Shown here: piece after piece, positions 10,633-19,629 of the stretch
Layout: every line of letters begins with the position of its first letter
How positions within the stretch are numbered: position 1 is the stretch's first letter
Virus record (IMG/VR): IMGVR_UViG_2617270941_000009
Length of the DNA: 31,825 nt
Direction: 5' to 3' (one strand)
Source of the DNA: a virus
Taxonomy: Duplodnaviria; Heunggongvirae; Uroviricota; Caudoviricetes
Made by a program: the position numbers and the translations under genes
Notes under the pieces: model-generated
The model's database searches: none
What the model was told of the DNA's origin: nothing
What the model saw: the letters and a program-made list of their open reading frames with translations, nothing else

Positions 10633-11715
10633 ATGAAAAAATTAACAGTGGCAATTTCTGCTGTAGCTGCATCAGTACTGATGGCGATGTCTGCTCAGGC
10701 AGCTGAAATTTATAATAAAGACAGTAACAAGCTGGATCTGTACGGGAAAGTTAATGCTAAGCACTACTTCTCCTCTAATGATGCAGATGATGGTGATACT
10801 ACTTATGCCCGTCTTGGCTTCAAAGGTGAAACCCAAATCAACGATCAACTGACTGGTTTCGGTCAGTGGGAATATGAATTCAAAGGCAACCGCGCTGAAT
10901 CTCAAGGTTCCTCCAAAGATAAAACCCGTCTTGCCTTCGCTGGCCTGAAATTCGGTGACTACGGCTCAATCGATTACGGCCGTAACTACGGTGTAGCATA
11001 CGACATCGGTGCGTGGACTGACGTTCTGCCAGAATTCGGTGGCGATACCTGGACCCAAACAGATGTATTCATGACTGGTCGCACCACAGGTGTTGCAACT
11101 TATCGTAACAACGACTTCTTTGGTCTGGTTGATGGCCTGAACTTTGCAGCTCAGTATCAGGGCAAAAATGACCGAAATGAAGTAACTGAAGCTAATGGCG
11201 ATGGTTTCGGTTTCTCAACTACTTATGAGTATGAAGGATTCGGCGTGGGTGCAACCTATGCTAAATCTGATCGCACTAATAATCAGGTTATCTACGGTAA
11301 CAACGGTCTGAATGCTTCTGGTCAAAATGCTGAAGTATGGGCAGCTGGTCTGAAATATGATGCGAACAACATCTATCTGGCCACCACCTATTCTGAAACC
11401 CAGAACATGACTGTTTTTGGTAATAACCATATTGCCAACAAAGCACAAAACTTCGAAGCTGTTGCACAATATCAGTTCGACTTCGGCCTGCGTCCATCCG
11501 TTGCTTACCTGCATTCTAAAGGAAAAGACTTGGGTGTTTGGGGTGATCAGGACCTGGTTGAATATGTTGATGTAGGTGCAACCTATTACTTCAACAAAAA
11601 TATGTCCACTTTTGTTGACTACAAAATCAACCTGATTGATAAGAGCGATTTCACGAAAGCATCTGGCGTTGCTACCGATGATATCGTTGCTGTAGGTATG
11701 GTTTACCAGTTCTAA
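10633..11715 (+). CDS. nmpC: outer membrane porin of the OmpC/OmpF family (NmpC / phage Lc-type), apparently intact
   Basis: 360-aa translation with signal peptide [30 protein letters not shown]..., beta-barrel porin motifs and C-terminal ...VAVGMVYQF. Located between Q and the lysis genes on the opposite strand, as in DLP12. Confidence 0.9.
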   Translation: MKKLTVAISAVAASVLMAMSAQAAEIYNKDSNKLDLYGKVNAKHYFSSNDADDGDTTYARLGFKGETQINDQLTGFGQWEYEFKGNRAESQGSSKDKTRLAFAGLKFGDYGSIDYGRNYGVAYDIGAWTDVLPEFGGDTWTQTDVFMTGRTTGVATYRNNDFFGLVDGLNFAAQYQGKNDRNEVTEANGDGFGFSTTYEYEGFGVGATYAKSDRTNNQVIYGNNGLNASGQNAEVWAAGLKYDANNIYLATTYSETQNMTVFGNNHIANKAQNFEAVAQYQFDFGLRPSVAYLHSKGKDLGVWGDQDLVEYVDVGATYYFNKNMSTFVDYKINLIDKSDFTKASGVATDDIVAVGMVYQF

Positions 11716-11851
11716 TTTGATTACTAAAAGATATGTTGTGGGAGGCTTTGCCTCCCCAACATATAAGTGGCTCCCTCAAGCCACTTCCTTTAGAAGCACA
11801 ACCTTGCTTCTAACTATATAAACCTTCTGTTATATATTACCCTTTATTTTT

Positions 11852-11876
11852 GGGGGCGTTTCAACGCCCCATTTTT
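11852..11876 (+). terminator. intrinsic terminator downstream of nmpC (GGGGCGTT-TCAA-CGCCCC + T-run)
   Basis: Hairpin plus ATTTTT seen at 11852..11876; additional long inverted repeats at ~11730..11790. Confidence 0.5.
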
Positions 11877-11903
11877 AATAACTTTTAGTAAATAATTGGC
11901 GTA

Positions 11904-12287
11904 TTAATTAGAGTTATTAACAACGATATCCATCTCTAACCGGATATCTAATGCCATTAACATCCCTTCAATTATGCCCTCAGCCTTTTGTAACCTTTTC
12001 CCGATATAACCATCAGAGCAGCAATGCTTACCTGCCAGTGACATGAATGTCATACCGACTACATAATAATCTACTAATAAATCGTGCAAATCGCTGTTGT
12101 TCTTTTTCAGACGGGCCATGCACCCGCAAATAATCATCGCGTCATCGTCACAACATTGCGGGCGAGATTTTACTTTTGAAGTAATTAATCCCTTAAAACC
12201 GGCGGCAATGGACGACCAGGTCACATCTTCATGATTATTAGCCGCCCACGCTCCCCAACGCTCAAGAACCATCTGAATATCACGCAT
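11904..12287 (-). CDS. quuD: late gene antiterminator Q (DLP12 QuuD / phage 82-type)
   Basis: Translation from the ATG at 12287 ([21 protein letters not shown]...[18 protein letters not shown]...) matches remembered QuuD, with GGAG RBS upstream. The track ORF starts 5 codons earlier. Confidence 0.8.
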   Translation of the reverse strand: MRDIQMVLERWGAWAANNHEDVTWSSIAAGFKGLITSKVKSRPQCCDDDAMIICGCMARLKKNNSDLHDLLVDYYVVGMTFMSLAGKHCCSDGYIGKRLQKAEGIIEGMLMALDIRLEMDIVVNNSN

Positions 12288-12369
12288 CAACTTACTCCAC
12301 AAAAATCAGACCAGAACGCCAATTACAAGCAAAAATCAACAAAACAGTATTAGTTGATTGTTATCTCTG

Positions 12370-12510
12370 ACTTCATACTCCTGCTCCTGTCAGGGTTTTG
12401 GCGTAATTCTTCAGTATTCGGTAATCGGTCAAAACAGAACCGGGGAAACGATATAAGCGCAGATGCCCCCAGCGGTGGCGAAGAAGTTCTGCCATATAAA
12501 ACTCAAACAT
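12370..12510 (-). CDS. ylcG: small protein YlcG-like (46 aa)
   Basis: Untracked 46-codon ORF ([45 protein letters not shown]), start overlapping the rusA stop; size and position match DLP12 ylcG. Sequence identity is not from memory. Confidence 0.45.
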
Positions 12511-12872
12511 CATTCATTCCCCATTTCGGTGATGGTCAGTTCCAGCCTCCCACCTTTGGTAACAGGCATCTTCACAACGCGGTAATCAACGACCTGAGCA
12601 TCATCCAGCCAGAAACCTGCTTTGGTGAGTGCGTCAAAAGAGGCTTTTTGTAGATTATCCAGGTCACGGCGACGGCGATCCGGCATGTGGCACTCAATGC
12701 GGATTTTCACAGGCATAGCCAGACCGATATCCAGCATTGAGCCTTTAATGATTCGGGCGACGTTATCGCGGTATGCCTGCCCTTCTGCGCTGATGTGCGT
12801 GCGCCCTCGATTATGGCGGTAGTAGCGGTTATTGCTCGGCGGCCAGGGTAGTGTGATGTGGTAAGTATTCAC
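12510..12872 (-). CDS. rusA: Holliday junction resolvase RusA
   Basis: 120-aa translation [42 protein letters not shown]... matches RusA family. Confidence 0.9.
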   Translation of the reverse strand: MNTYHITLPWPPSNNRYYRHNRGRTHISAEGQAYRDNVARIIKGSMLDIGLAMPVKIRIECHMPDRRRRDLDNLQKASFDALTKAGFWLDDAQVVDYRVVKMPVTKGGRLELTITEMGNE

Positions 12873-13198
12873 GCCTTAATTACCCCCTCTTTCAGCCAGA
12901 TAACCTGCGTTCTCGCCATACCTTCCAGCGCGCATTCTTTTGCATATCCAGCGTCAACAAAATGCGTGCGGCGGTCGATTTCGTCGTGGCAGGCAGAACA
13001 TGCAATGGTGGCAATCAGGTCTGGCGGTTTCGTACCGGTGCCGCACAATCCAGTCAGCCGGATATGTGCCAGTACAGACGTTTCAGGGTTGCCATTACAT
13101 ACGCCAGGGATTCTTACCTGGCATTCCCGACCACGCGCTGCTTTTCTCAAATCAGCCATGATTCCTCCTTGCTGCCAGTCGCAACCATTTTTTATCAA
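12869..13198 (-). CDS. ybcO: DUF1364-type prophage protein YbcO-like (Cys-rich, putative nuclease)
   Basis: 109-aa ORF with multiple Cys (CQVRIPGVC...CGTGTK...CSACHDEID), position between ninE and rusA as in DLP12. Confidence 0.7.
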   Translation of the reverse strand: MIKNGCDWQQGGIMADLRKAARGRECQVRIPGVCNGNPETSVLAHIRLTGLCGTGTKPPDLIATIACSACHDEIDRRTHFVDAGYAKECALEGMARTQVIWLKEGVIKA

Positions 13199-13322
13199 CC
13201 AGGCTAGCGGTATATCCGAGCAGTGTTGGTATTTCGGATGGCTTCAGCTCAGGTTTACGCTTACGACGATTTGGTACTTTGTAGATGTGTCCGTTCATGA
13301 CACGAATAAGCGGTGTAGCCAT
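13152..13322 (-). CDS. ninE: NinE protein
   Basis: Translation from the internal ATG at 13322 ([56 protein letters not shown]) matches NinE; start overlaps the ninB stop. Confidence 0.7.
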   Translation of the reverse strand: MATPLIRVMNGHIYKVPNRRKRKPELKPSEIPTLLGYTASLVDKKWLRLAARRNHG

Positions 13323-13777
13323 TACGCCTCCTGCTTGTCGCGCAGCAGCTGAAACTCGCAGCTCTGTGGAATAGTCAGGTGGCAACCAATATTCATCGCC
13401 CAGGCTTCAACCTTACACAGGAAGACATACATCTCTCCGGTATCAAGATCGGAGGTATGGCGTAACGACTGGATAGTGGTGATATCACCGGTTACGACAT
13501 CAACCAGGTCTTTGGTTTCATAACCGAGATATGTGTGTTTGAGAGCATCTTTTACCCAAGCTGGAGTGGCGAACGTTTTACCCTTGCTGATGAGGTATTC
13601 ACTGATTTCGCTGTACCACATGTGGCTGAGTGCATTCTGGGAAAGACTGCGTCTCTCGCGCCACGGTTTAAGCACCATGCGAAAGCATTTGCCGTCCTCC
13701 AGATAAGGCTGGATCTGCCGACCAATAGCGGTGAAGTTACCGCGATGCAGTTTGATGCCATCTTGTGGGAAGTTCAC
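13322..13777 (-). CDS. ybcN: NinB/Orf-family recombination protein (DLP12 YbcN-like)
   Basis: 151-aa translation [21 protein letters not shown]...; GTG start with GGAGGTG RBS; NinB-family motif [12 protein letters not shown]. Confidence 0.75.
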   Translation of the reverse strand: MNFPQDGIKLHRGNFTAIGRQIQPYLEDGKCFRMVLKPWRERRSLSQNALSHMWYSEISEYLISKGKTFATPAWVKDALKHTYLGYETKDLVDVVTGDITTIQSLRHTSDLDTGEMYVFLCKVEAWAMNIGCHLTIPQSCEFQLLRDKQEA

Positions 13778-13872
13778 GCTTCACCTCCGCAGAGATCAAA
13801 CGCTGGATGCAAAAAAACGCAGGTGCATTTCTGCATCTGTGGCAAGGCGAGGAGTTCAACTTGTGGTCGCAT
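13774..13872 (-). CDS. small ORF (32 aa) translationally coupled to ninB, YlcH-like; overlaps a conserved duplicated element
   Basis: Untracked [35 protein letters not shown]; TGA overlaps the ninB GTG (GTGA). Coding status uncertain. Confidence 0.35.
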   Translation of the reverse strand: MRPQVELLALPQMQKCTCVFLHPAFDLCGGEA

Positions 13873-13947
13873 ATAATTTCCCAATCATATGCGCAGAAGT
13901 CACCGCAGGGTGTTCAGGCCAACGGTGACGGTATTATTGCTTATTGA

Positions 13948-14199
13948 TTATGATTTTTCAATTTCATCAATAACCTTGTGATAGACAATACCAGAAAGGC
14001 CAACAGACAGTGGATGTTCATGAAATATTGGCTCATTTGCATAAACCCAATGCCCGACAAATTCTTCTGGGCTTGATATGTATAACTCACGAAGAAAATG
14101 GAGATCCCTCTCTACAACTAATTTCGTATCGTCCAAGAGCGCTGCATTTACGCTAGTTTTATGGCTGTGCATTAATTTACATTTGGTGAAGGACATCAT
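13948..14199 (-). CDS. hypothetical protein (83 aa)
   Basis: ORF with strong AAGGAG RBS 8 nt upstream of ATGATG; no family recognised. Confidence 0.45.
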   Translation of the reverse strand: MMSFTKCKLMHSHKTSVNAALLDDTKLVVERDLHFLRELYISSPEEFVGHWVYANEPIFHEHPLSVGLSGIVYHKVIDEIEKS

Positions 14200-14258
14200 G
14201 GCAAAAGCTCCTTTTTCTTATGAATCCATATGTTAGCTAAATTGGAGAGACACAGTAG

Positions 14259-14873
14259 CTAACGTTGTTTAATAACATTCTGACGCAAATGTGGCAATAC
14301 TCGACTCCACTTATCATCCTGCCACGGCTGGAATTTTACATGTGCCGTTTCTCTGGCGAGGATTGCTCGCGCTCTGGTGAGTATCTGGGGATATTCTTGC
14401 TCGATGGAAGTGAAGCGACCAGCTTCACGATGCTCCGCAACCTGAAGAAGAGGAGTAACGTTCTGGCAGGCGGTTAACATCGCATCCCCAGCTCGCCATA
14501 ACCAAGCAAGTGTGCAAAGTTCGTTATCAGTGAATTGTTTTGTGATCGGGGATTGTTGAACTTCTCGATCGAGAATATCCAGAACCCAGCGGCGGAACTC
14601 TTTGGCTACAGGAGTTCGTGCAAACATGGCGATCAAATGGGCTCCGCGAAGGCTAAATACTCGAGACTCCTGCATTCCACGAGGGGTGGTCACTTTGACC
14701 ACCCTTGTCATCATATCTGTAAATTCATCTGAGTGACGAGAGTAAATGCGCTGAACTGCTTTATCGTCCGCATATTCCAGAGCTAAACCAACTTCAGTGG
14801 CAGTAAGCCAAATTCTGTTATTGTGGCAAATTGGGGTAAACGTCGTTTTGTGGAATGCTAATTGAGTAGTCAT
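14259..14873 (-). CDS. BRO-N domain protein (phage antirepressor-like)
   Basis: 204-aa ORF with GAGGTG RBS; N-terminal region (FTPICHNNRIWLTATEVGLALEY...RWVLDILD) resembles the Bro-N/antirepressor domain. Family call from memory. Confidence 0.55.
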   Translation of the reverse strand: MTTQLAFHKTTFTPICHNNRIWLTATEVGLALEYADDKAVQRIYSRHSDEFTDMMTRVVKVTTPRGMQESRVFSLRGAHLIAMFARTPVAKEFRRWVLDILDREVQQSPITKQFTDNELCTLAWLWRAGDAMLTACQNVTPLLQVAEHREAGRFTSIEQEYPQILTRARAILARETAHVKFQPWQDDKWSRVLPHLRQNVIKQR

Positions 14874-15195
14874 AGTTTCACCTCATCAGGTTAACCATCA
14901 CCACCAACGACGCCAATCGACTGGTGGTGAACTGTGCAAGGTTGGCGTAACCGGCTACTCAAATCCGGCGCTCCCGAAGAAGCCCTCACACAGCCCACCA
15001 TAATTTGGGCGTAGCCGTGCTTAGCGCATAAAAAAACCGCTTAACGCGGTATGCGTTGAGTAGTATTCCGGGACGCCAATCCCGTGTGCCGATTTTGCGG
15101 CAACGCACAGAATATATCCCCAGATAAATCATGTCGTCAACCCCAGTAAATGGACACCATGATGATCACAGCCATAGCTGCTACAACAGTTACAA

Positions 15196-15357
15196 CTACC
15201 TCAGGCCAAAACATAACGATTTCCATATCACCTTTAGCCGCCAGACGAATAGAGACTCCCAATTCTGGCTGTCGAAGTAAAACACCGAATGTAAAAAATC
15301 GTAGGTGCATTTCTGCATCTGTGAATGGAGAAGATAGGTTGGATTGTATGTGCGCAT
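15196..15357 (-). CDS. second YlcH-like small ORF (53 aa), paralogous to 13774..13872; alternative to track ORF 15137..15385
   Basis: ORF MRTYNPTYLLHSQMQKCTYDFLHSVF... shares the QMQKCT core and conserved 5' leader with the ylcH-like ORF upstream of ninB. Coding status uncertain. Confidence 0.3.
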   Translation of the reverse strand: MRTYNPTYLLHSQMQKCTYDFLHSVFYFDSQNWESLFVWRLKVIWKSLCFGLR

Positions 15358-15484
15358 AAACGTCCCCGTTTAGCGCAGAAGTCACCGGAGTTGTTCAGGC
15401 TCCGGCTTATTAATATTGCCTACTTACAATTAATTTTTCAACTGTTAGAAACTTATAATTAGCTGTCTCTTTGTAACTATCAAT

Positions 15485-17380
15485 TTAATTATTTTTCTTT
15501 AACTTGAAATTTCTTCCCATTGCTAGTGTTCTTCGAAGATTCGAATCATAAGCTGGTTGATAACATCTATCATAAAAATCCTTAATTGTCTGATGGTAAG
15601 TATCCAGCATCAAACCATAAAACCCCCTGACCTTAAGATAATCCACCAAGGGAAATAAATAATCATCAGTCTGAACATCAGTATCAATATTATTTTTTTG
15701 TTTTTTAACTTCAAATTTGTATAAGTTTAACTCACCCTTATCCATCGTGCATGAAAAAAGGTCGTCAAAAATCAAATCAATTTTTGTCATAGGAACTCGT
15801 TCTTTTCCAGACATTATAGGTAGAATATCAATACCTAAGAGCGAACCTAATACAAAGTCGTAATGAAGCGAAATCACTGAGTCATTCGATGTCGAGTTGC
15901 CTTTGATAAATACTCTACTTAGTGCCGAGTCAAAAACATTCTCAACTCTCTCTCTCGTCATGTTTGCGACATCTACAACCCCCATATCACGAGAAGCTTT
16001 TATTGTGATTTCATCTATAAATGCTTTGGAATCTAGTGAATGTAAAAACAACATGAAGTTATCTAACTGTTCAGAGCATTTAATAGCCACCATAAGATTT
16101 TCGTATATATCTTTTTTATACTCAATCGGTAAATTTGCTACCGCAAAAGCAGCATAAAATTCTTGCACTGATTTATGCAGAAAAACATACCTATTATTTC
16201 CCTCAGGTTGGATAAGGCAAGTTATCTCAATAAGATCATCTATAAAGTTTGATGCATCTTCTTTAAGATAACCTTCTGTTTCAATAGCATCTTCAGCATA
16301 TCTAAGCAACTCTTCTCCCCAAAACTCAAATTTCTCCTCAATCAGTGCGTTATAGCAAATAGCTGAAAAACACAATTTAGCTTTTTCACCAATAATGTTT
16401 GATTTTTTCTCGCGCGTATATACTTTTATTTTATCATGCCTTGCATATAAGGTGTCAAAGAGGCTTCGATAAAACTCTATTATATTATTTGGAATATCAT
16501 TCATATAAGGATAACAATAATACAAAAGAGTAACTAAAATTGGATTGCAAATAGTTCCCTCAAGTTCTTCTTTATCACATAGTAAATCCGCCAAGACTTT
16601 AAACGAGGCATCACTACTTGAGAATCTGTCATTTTTCGATAAAGAATGAAGAATACAAATCTTATCAGAAATATTTAGCTTATCTATAAAAATATTATAC
16701 ACATCAGTAGTATAACATATATCTGTATTTGGTCTCGTTGTTGCGATAATTGGTGTGTTAAAATGATAATGAATGTTTTTTATTTCATTCATCATCATAG
16801 TTCGCTCTTCATGTTTAACCTCATCAAATCCATCCAACATTAAAACGACTCTTTGGGATTGCAGTAATATTTTCAAGCTATCCTCTGAACACCCCACACC
16901 AAATGAATTAAGAATGTCTGCCAGATAAGCAATAATATTTGCATTCTTCACCCTTCTTAATTCAATAAAAAAAGGCATCCGTTCTGATTTTTTTATTTCC
17001 TCGCTAAACAACTTGCGTAAAATAGTACTTTTCCCTTGCCCCGCTATACCGACTATATTTACAATACCATGAAATGGTAAAGTGACCCCATCTTTTATAA
17101 CGACCTTGTCTTTATTAGATGCCACCTCAACAGTTAACGGATAATAAATATCATCTAAAAAAATATCATAATCAGCGTTGTGCAAAGTTCTCATTTTCAG
17201 AGATGGTAGCACATGCTTTCTTAAATAATTTTCTCTTCCGAGGGGATCATTTAATTGTTCGAGTATAACCTTGCCTTCATCTAGGTCCCTAGCCCAAGGT
17301 TTAGAGAGCAATACTTCTGTTATTTTTTCCGCAGCTTTTCCTACTGTGCTATTAATAATAGTCGCAAGAAACTCATCCAT
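15485..17380 (-). CDS. NACHT/STAND-type P-loop NTPase, candidate single-gene anti-phage defence protein
   Basis: Walker A GIAGQGKST; Walker B VVLMLDGFDEV (NACHT-type DGxDE); sensor-1-like IIATTRP; NPILVTLL motif. The track start at 17437 is a TTG; the ATG at 17380 (MDEFLATIINS..., RBS GGTGAAAAA) is preferred, with the ATG at 17416 as an alternative. Markedly AT-rich by eye. Confidence 0.75.
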   Translation of the reverse strand: MDEFLATIINSTVGKAAEKITEVLLSKPWARDLDEGKVILEQLNDPLGRENYLRKHVLPSLKMRTLHNADYDIFLDDIYYPLTVEVASNKDKVVIKDGVTLPFHGIVNIVGIAGQGKSTILRKLFSEEIKKSERMPFFIELRRVKNANIIAYLADILNSFGVGCSEDSLKILLQSQRVVLMLDGFDEVKHEERTMMMNEIKNIHYHFNTPIIATTRPNTDICYTTDVYNIFIDKLNISDKICILHSLSKNDRFSSSDASFKVLADLLCDKEELEGTICNPILVTLLYYCYPYMNDIPNNIIEFYRSLFDTLYARHDKIKVYTREKKSNIIGEKAKLCFSAICYNALIEEKFEFWGEELLRYAEDAIETEGYLKEDASNFIDDLIEITCLIQPEGNNRYVFLHKSVQEFYAAFAVANLPIEYKKDIYENLMVAIKCSEQLDNFMLFLHSLDSKAFIDEITIKASRDMGVVDVANMTRERVENVFDSALSRVFIKGNSTSNDSVISLHYDFVLGSLLGIDILPIMSGKERVPMTKIDLIFDDLFSCTMDKGELNLYKFEVKKQKNNIDTDVQTDDYLFPLVDYLKVRGFYGLMLDTYHQTIKDFYDRCYQPAYDSNLRRTLAMGRNFKLKKNN

Positions 17381-17768
17381 TTTTTCACCACATTCATTAA
17401 CCAATACGTGGTGCATTCTTACAAGACTCAGTAACAATTGTCAATCATAGGTTTTCGCATGATTGCAAAACGCCATAAACAATTGTAGCACCATAATTTT
17501 AAACACTATATAATATACAACCTTCCTACAAGCATTCAGTACATCGCTTAATCACAGGGCTTGAATATATAGTAAGGAATCGATATTAATCACCTCATCT
17601 ACTTTAAACATCTTACACACCTATAATTTATAATAGTCAACACGAGGTCATCATATTAAACATGCAATTACAAACATTCATTTTTATATAAATTTTCATG
17701 ATTTAACCGTAGAGCGACGGTAATAAATTTCATATACAAGGATTTAAGCTCCCATACGTTTTCTATTA

Positions 17769-17948
17769 TTAAAAATAACATACCGTTCGCCAGACCTTAC
17801 CATCAATGACCAGGATTCCTGCCCGCGCCATTTTTGCCGCAGCCTGATTTATGCTGGTTAATGTCACACCTGTTGTCGCAGCAACGTCCGGCGCACAGAA
17901 GCTCTTGTGCGTCCCCAGGTAATGAATAATTGCTTCTTTTCCCGTCAT
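17769..17948 (-). pseudogene. ren: truncated ren (N-terminal 59 codons of lambda Ren, overlapping the P stop), interrupted by the foreign AT-rich cassette
   Basis: Untracked ORF MTGKEAIIHYLGTHKSFCAPDVAATTGVTLTSINQAAAKMARAGILVIDGKVWRTVCYF*; matches the lambda Ren N-terminus then ends prematurely. ATG overlaps the P TGA (ATGA), as in lambda. Confidence 0.7.
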
Positions 17949-18646
17949 ACACTGGCTCCTTTCAGTCCGAACTTAGCTTTGATTTCTGCAATCTTCGCCA
18001 GAGCCTGTGCACGATTTAGAGGTCTACCGCCCATGACAGGAAGTTGTTTTACTGGTTCAGGTATAGCCTCACCACGGTTAATTCTCGCAGTCATATGGGC
18101 AAGTTCATCGGCAGCCTTGCGCCGTAATTCCGAGTCAGTCAACGCATTAGCCCGCATGTTCTGATACAGGTTGGTAACCAGCCAGTAGTGCGCGTTTGAT
18201 TTCCACGGATAAGACTCTGCGTCCGGATACAGGCCACGCTTCCGGCAATACTCGTAAACCATATCAACCAGCTCGCTGGCGTTTGGCAGTCCGGCGGTAA
18301 CGGATGCTTCTTCCCGGCACCATGCAACAAACTGCCCGGGTGATGGCAGAAATGGTCGATTCTGCCGACGGGCTACGCGCATTCCTGCGTTAACCTGTTC
18401 CATCGTGGTGATCCCGTTTTCCCGAAAAGCCAGAACCCACTGGCGACGGATTTCGTTCACTTCGTTCTGGTCACGGTTAGCCAGGCTCGCCGGGAAAGTT
18501 GCCAGTAACTGGCTGAACACACCGTTGATGATCTGCGCTACCTGCTGTACCTGCGGCTTTTCGTCGTACTGTTCCGGCATGTTGTTGGCGATCCGACGCA
18601 TCTGCTCACGGTCAAAGTTAACCATCTGTGCGGCGATGTTTTTCAT
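17945..18646 (-). CDS. P: replication protein P (DnaB helicase loader)
   Basis: 233-aa translation near-identical to remembered lambda P (MKNIAAQMVNFDREQMRRIANNMPEQYDEKPQVQQ...). Confidence 0.95.
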   Translation of the reverse strand: MKNIAAQMVNFDREQMRRIANNMPEQYDEKPQVQQVAQIINGVFSQLLATFPASLANRDQNEVNEIRRQWVLAFRENGITTMEQVNAGMRVARRQNRPFLPSPGQFVAWCREEASVTAGLPNASELVDMVYEYCRKRGLYPDAESYPWKSNAHYWLVTNLYQNMRANALTDSELRRKAADELAHMTARINRGEAIPEPVKQLPVMGGRPLNRAQALAKIAEIKAKFGLKGASV

Positions 18647-19542
18647 AGATCCACCCCGTAAATCCAGTCTGTGTTTGTCAGGTCGAGTTTTGGTTTGCTG
18701 GCTGTCACGCCTGCCTGTTGCTTGTTACGGTTGATTTCGAGTTGGGTCCACTTATCGCGGAGTTTGGCCGGGCTCAGCACGTTACCGGACCAGAAGTTGT
18801 CCTGGCATGCCCAGCGGAACAGCACGCACATGTCGCGGTGGTTACGTCCGTCACGTTCACGCATCAGGCGGATATCGTTAGCCCACCCAGCAAAATTCGG
18901 TTTTCTGGCTGATGGTGCGATAGTCTTCACCATGTCAAACATCCACTCTGCGGCGGTCAGGTCTTCTGCTGTCCCCCACTTGCTGCCGCTCTGAATTGCA
19001 GCATCCGGTTTCACCACAGAAAGGTCGTTTTCTGGCTGGTCAGAGGATTCGCCAGAATTCTCTGACGAATAATCTTTTCTTTTTTCTTTTGTAATAGTGT
19101 CTTTTGTGTCCCCCTGTTTTGAGGGATAGCAATCCCCCAATTTGAGGGATGTTTTATCCCTCGTTTTAGGGGATTTTCCCTCGTTTTGAGGGATGCACCA
19201 TTCTGAGATGTTTTTATTTGGTCCAAACATGCCGCCTTGCTGCTTGATAATATTCATTCTGACGAGTTCTAACTTGGCTTCATTGCACCGTTTGACGGGT
19301 AACTTTGTAATCTCGCTAAGTTGAGAATCGGTGATTCTGTCCATTGGTTTATTCCACCCATAGGTTTTACGCAGAATGGCAAGCAGCACTTTAAACTGTC
19401 GCTTGGTCAGATCTGCGCCCGAATAAGCCTCAAGCAGCATATTTGATAGTCTGGCGTAACCATCATCGAGATCTGCCACATTACGCTCCTGTCCGGCAAA
19501 GTTACCTCTGCCGAAGTTGAGTATTTTTGCTGTATTTGTCAT
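18643..19542 (-). CDS. O: replication initiator protein O
   Basis: 299-aa translation near-identical to remembered lambda O (MTNTAKILNFGRGNFAGQERNVADLDDGYARLSNMLLEAY...). Confidence 0.95.
   Translation of the reverse strand: MTNTAKILNFGRGNFAGQERNVADLDDGYARLSNMLLEAYSGADLTKRQFKVLLAILRKTYGWNKPMDRITDSQLSEITKLPVKRCNEAKLELVRMNIIKQQGGMFGPNKNISEWCIPQNEGKSPKTRDKTSLKLGDCYPSKQGDTKDTITKEKRKDYSSENSGESSDQPENDLSVVKPDAAIQSGSKWGTAEDLTAAEWMFDMVKTIAPSARKPNFAGWANDIRLMRERDGRNHRDMCVLFRWACQDNFWSGNVLSPAKLRDKWTQLEINRNKQQAGVTASKPKLDLTNTDWIYGVDL
19110..19196. other. ori: ori-lambda: four iterons (TCCCTCAAAACGAGGGA-type repeats) inside the O gene, with adjacent AT-rich region
   Basis: Repeats ccctgttttgaggga / atcccccaatttgaggga / atccctcgttttagggga / tccctcgttttgaggga seen; AT-rich block at ~19060..19105. 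Confidence 0.85.
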
Positions 19543-19552
19543 AATGACTCCT

Positions 19553-19629
19553 GTTGATAGATCCAGTAATGACCTCAGAACTCCATCTGGATTTGTTCAG
19601 AACGCTCGGTTGCCGCCGGGCGTTTTTTA
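19553..19629 (+). ncRNA. oop: oop antisense RNA (overlaps the 3' end of cII), with intrinsic terminator to (CCGCCGGGCG + T-run)
   Basis: Sequence GTTGATAGATCCAGTAATGACCTCAGAACTCCATCTGGATTTGTTCAGAACGCTCGGTTGCCGCCGGGCGTTTTTTATT matches the remembered lambda oop RNA. Confidence 0.75.

Noticed and set aside
12622-13207. Several + strand ORFs (12622..12822, 12858..13352, 12940..13161, 12962..13207) across rusA/ybcO/ninE
   Set aside because: Antisense to a tightly packed, translationally coupled minus-strand operon of recognised genes.
15137-15385. 82-aa ORF with hydrophobic C-terminus between the Bro-N gene and the NTPase
   Set aside because: It overlaps the conserved duplicated ylcH-like element in a different frame; conservation between the two copies favours the ylcH frame or a non-coding function. 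Kept only as an alternative in the findings.
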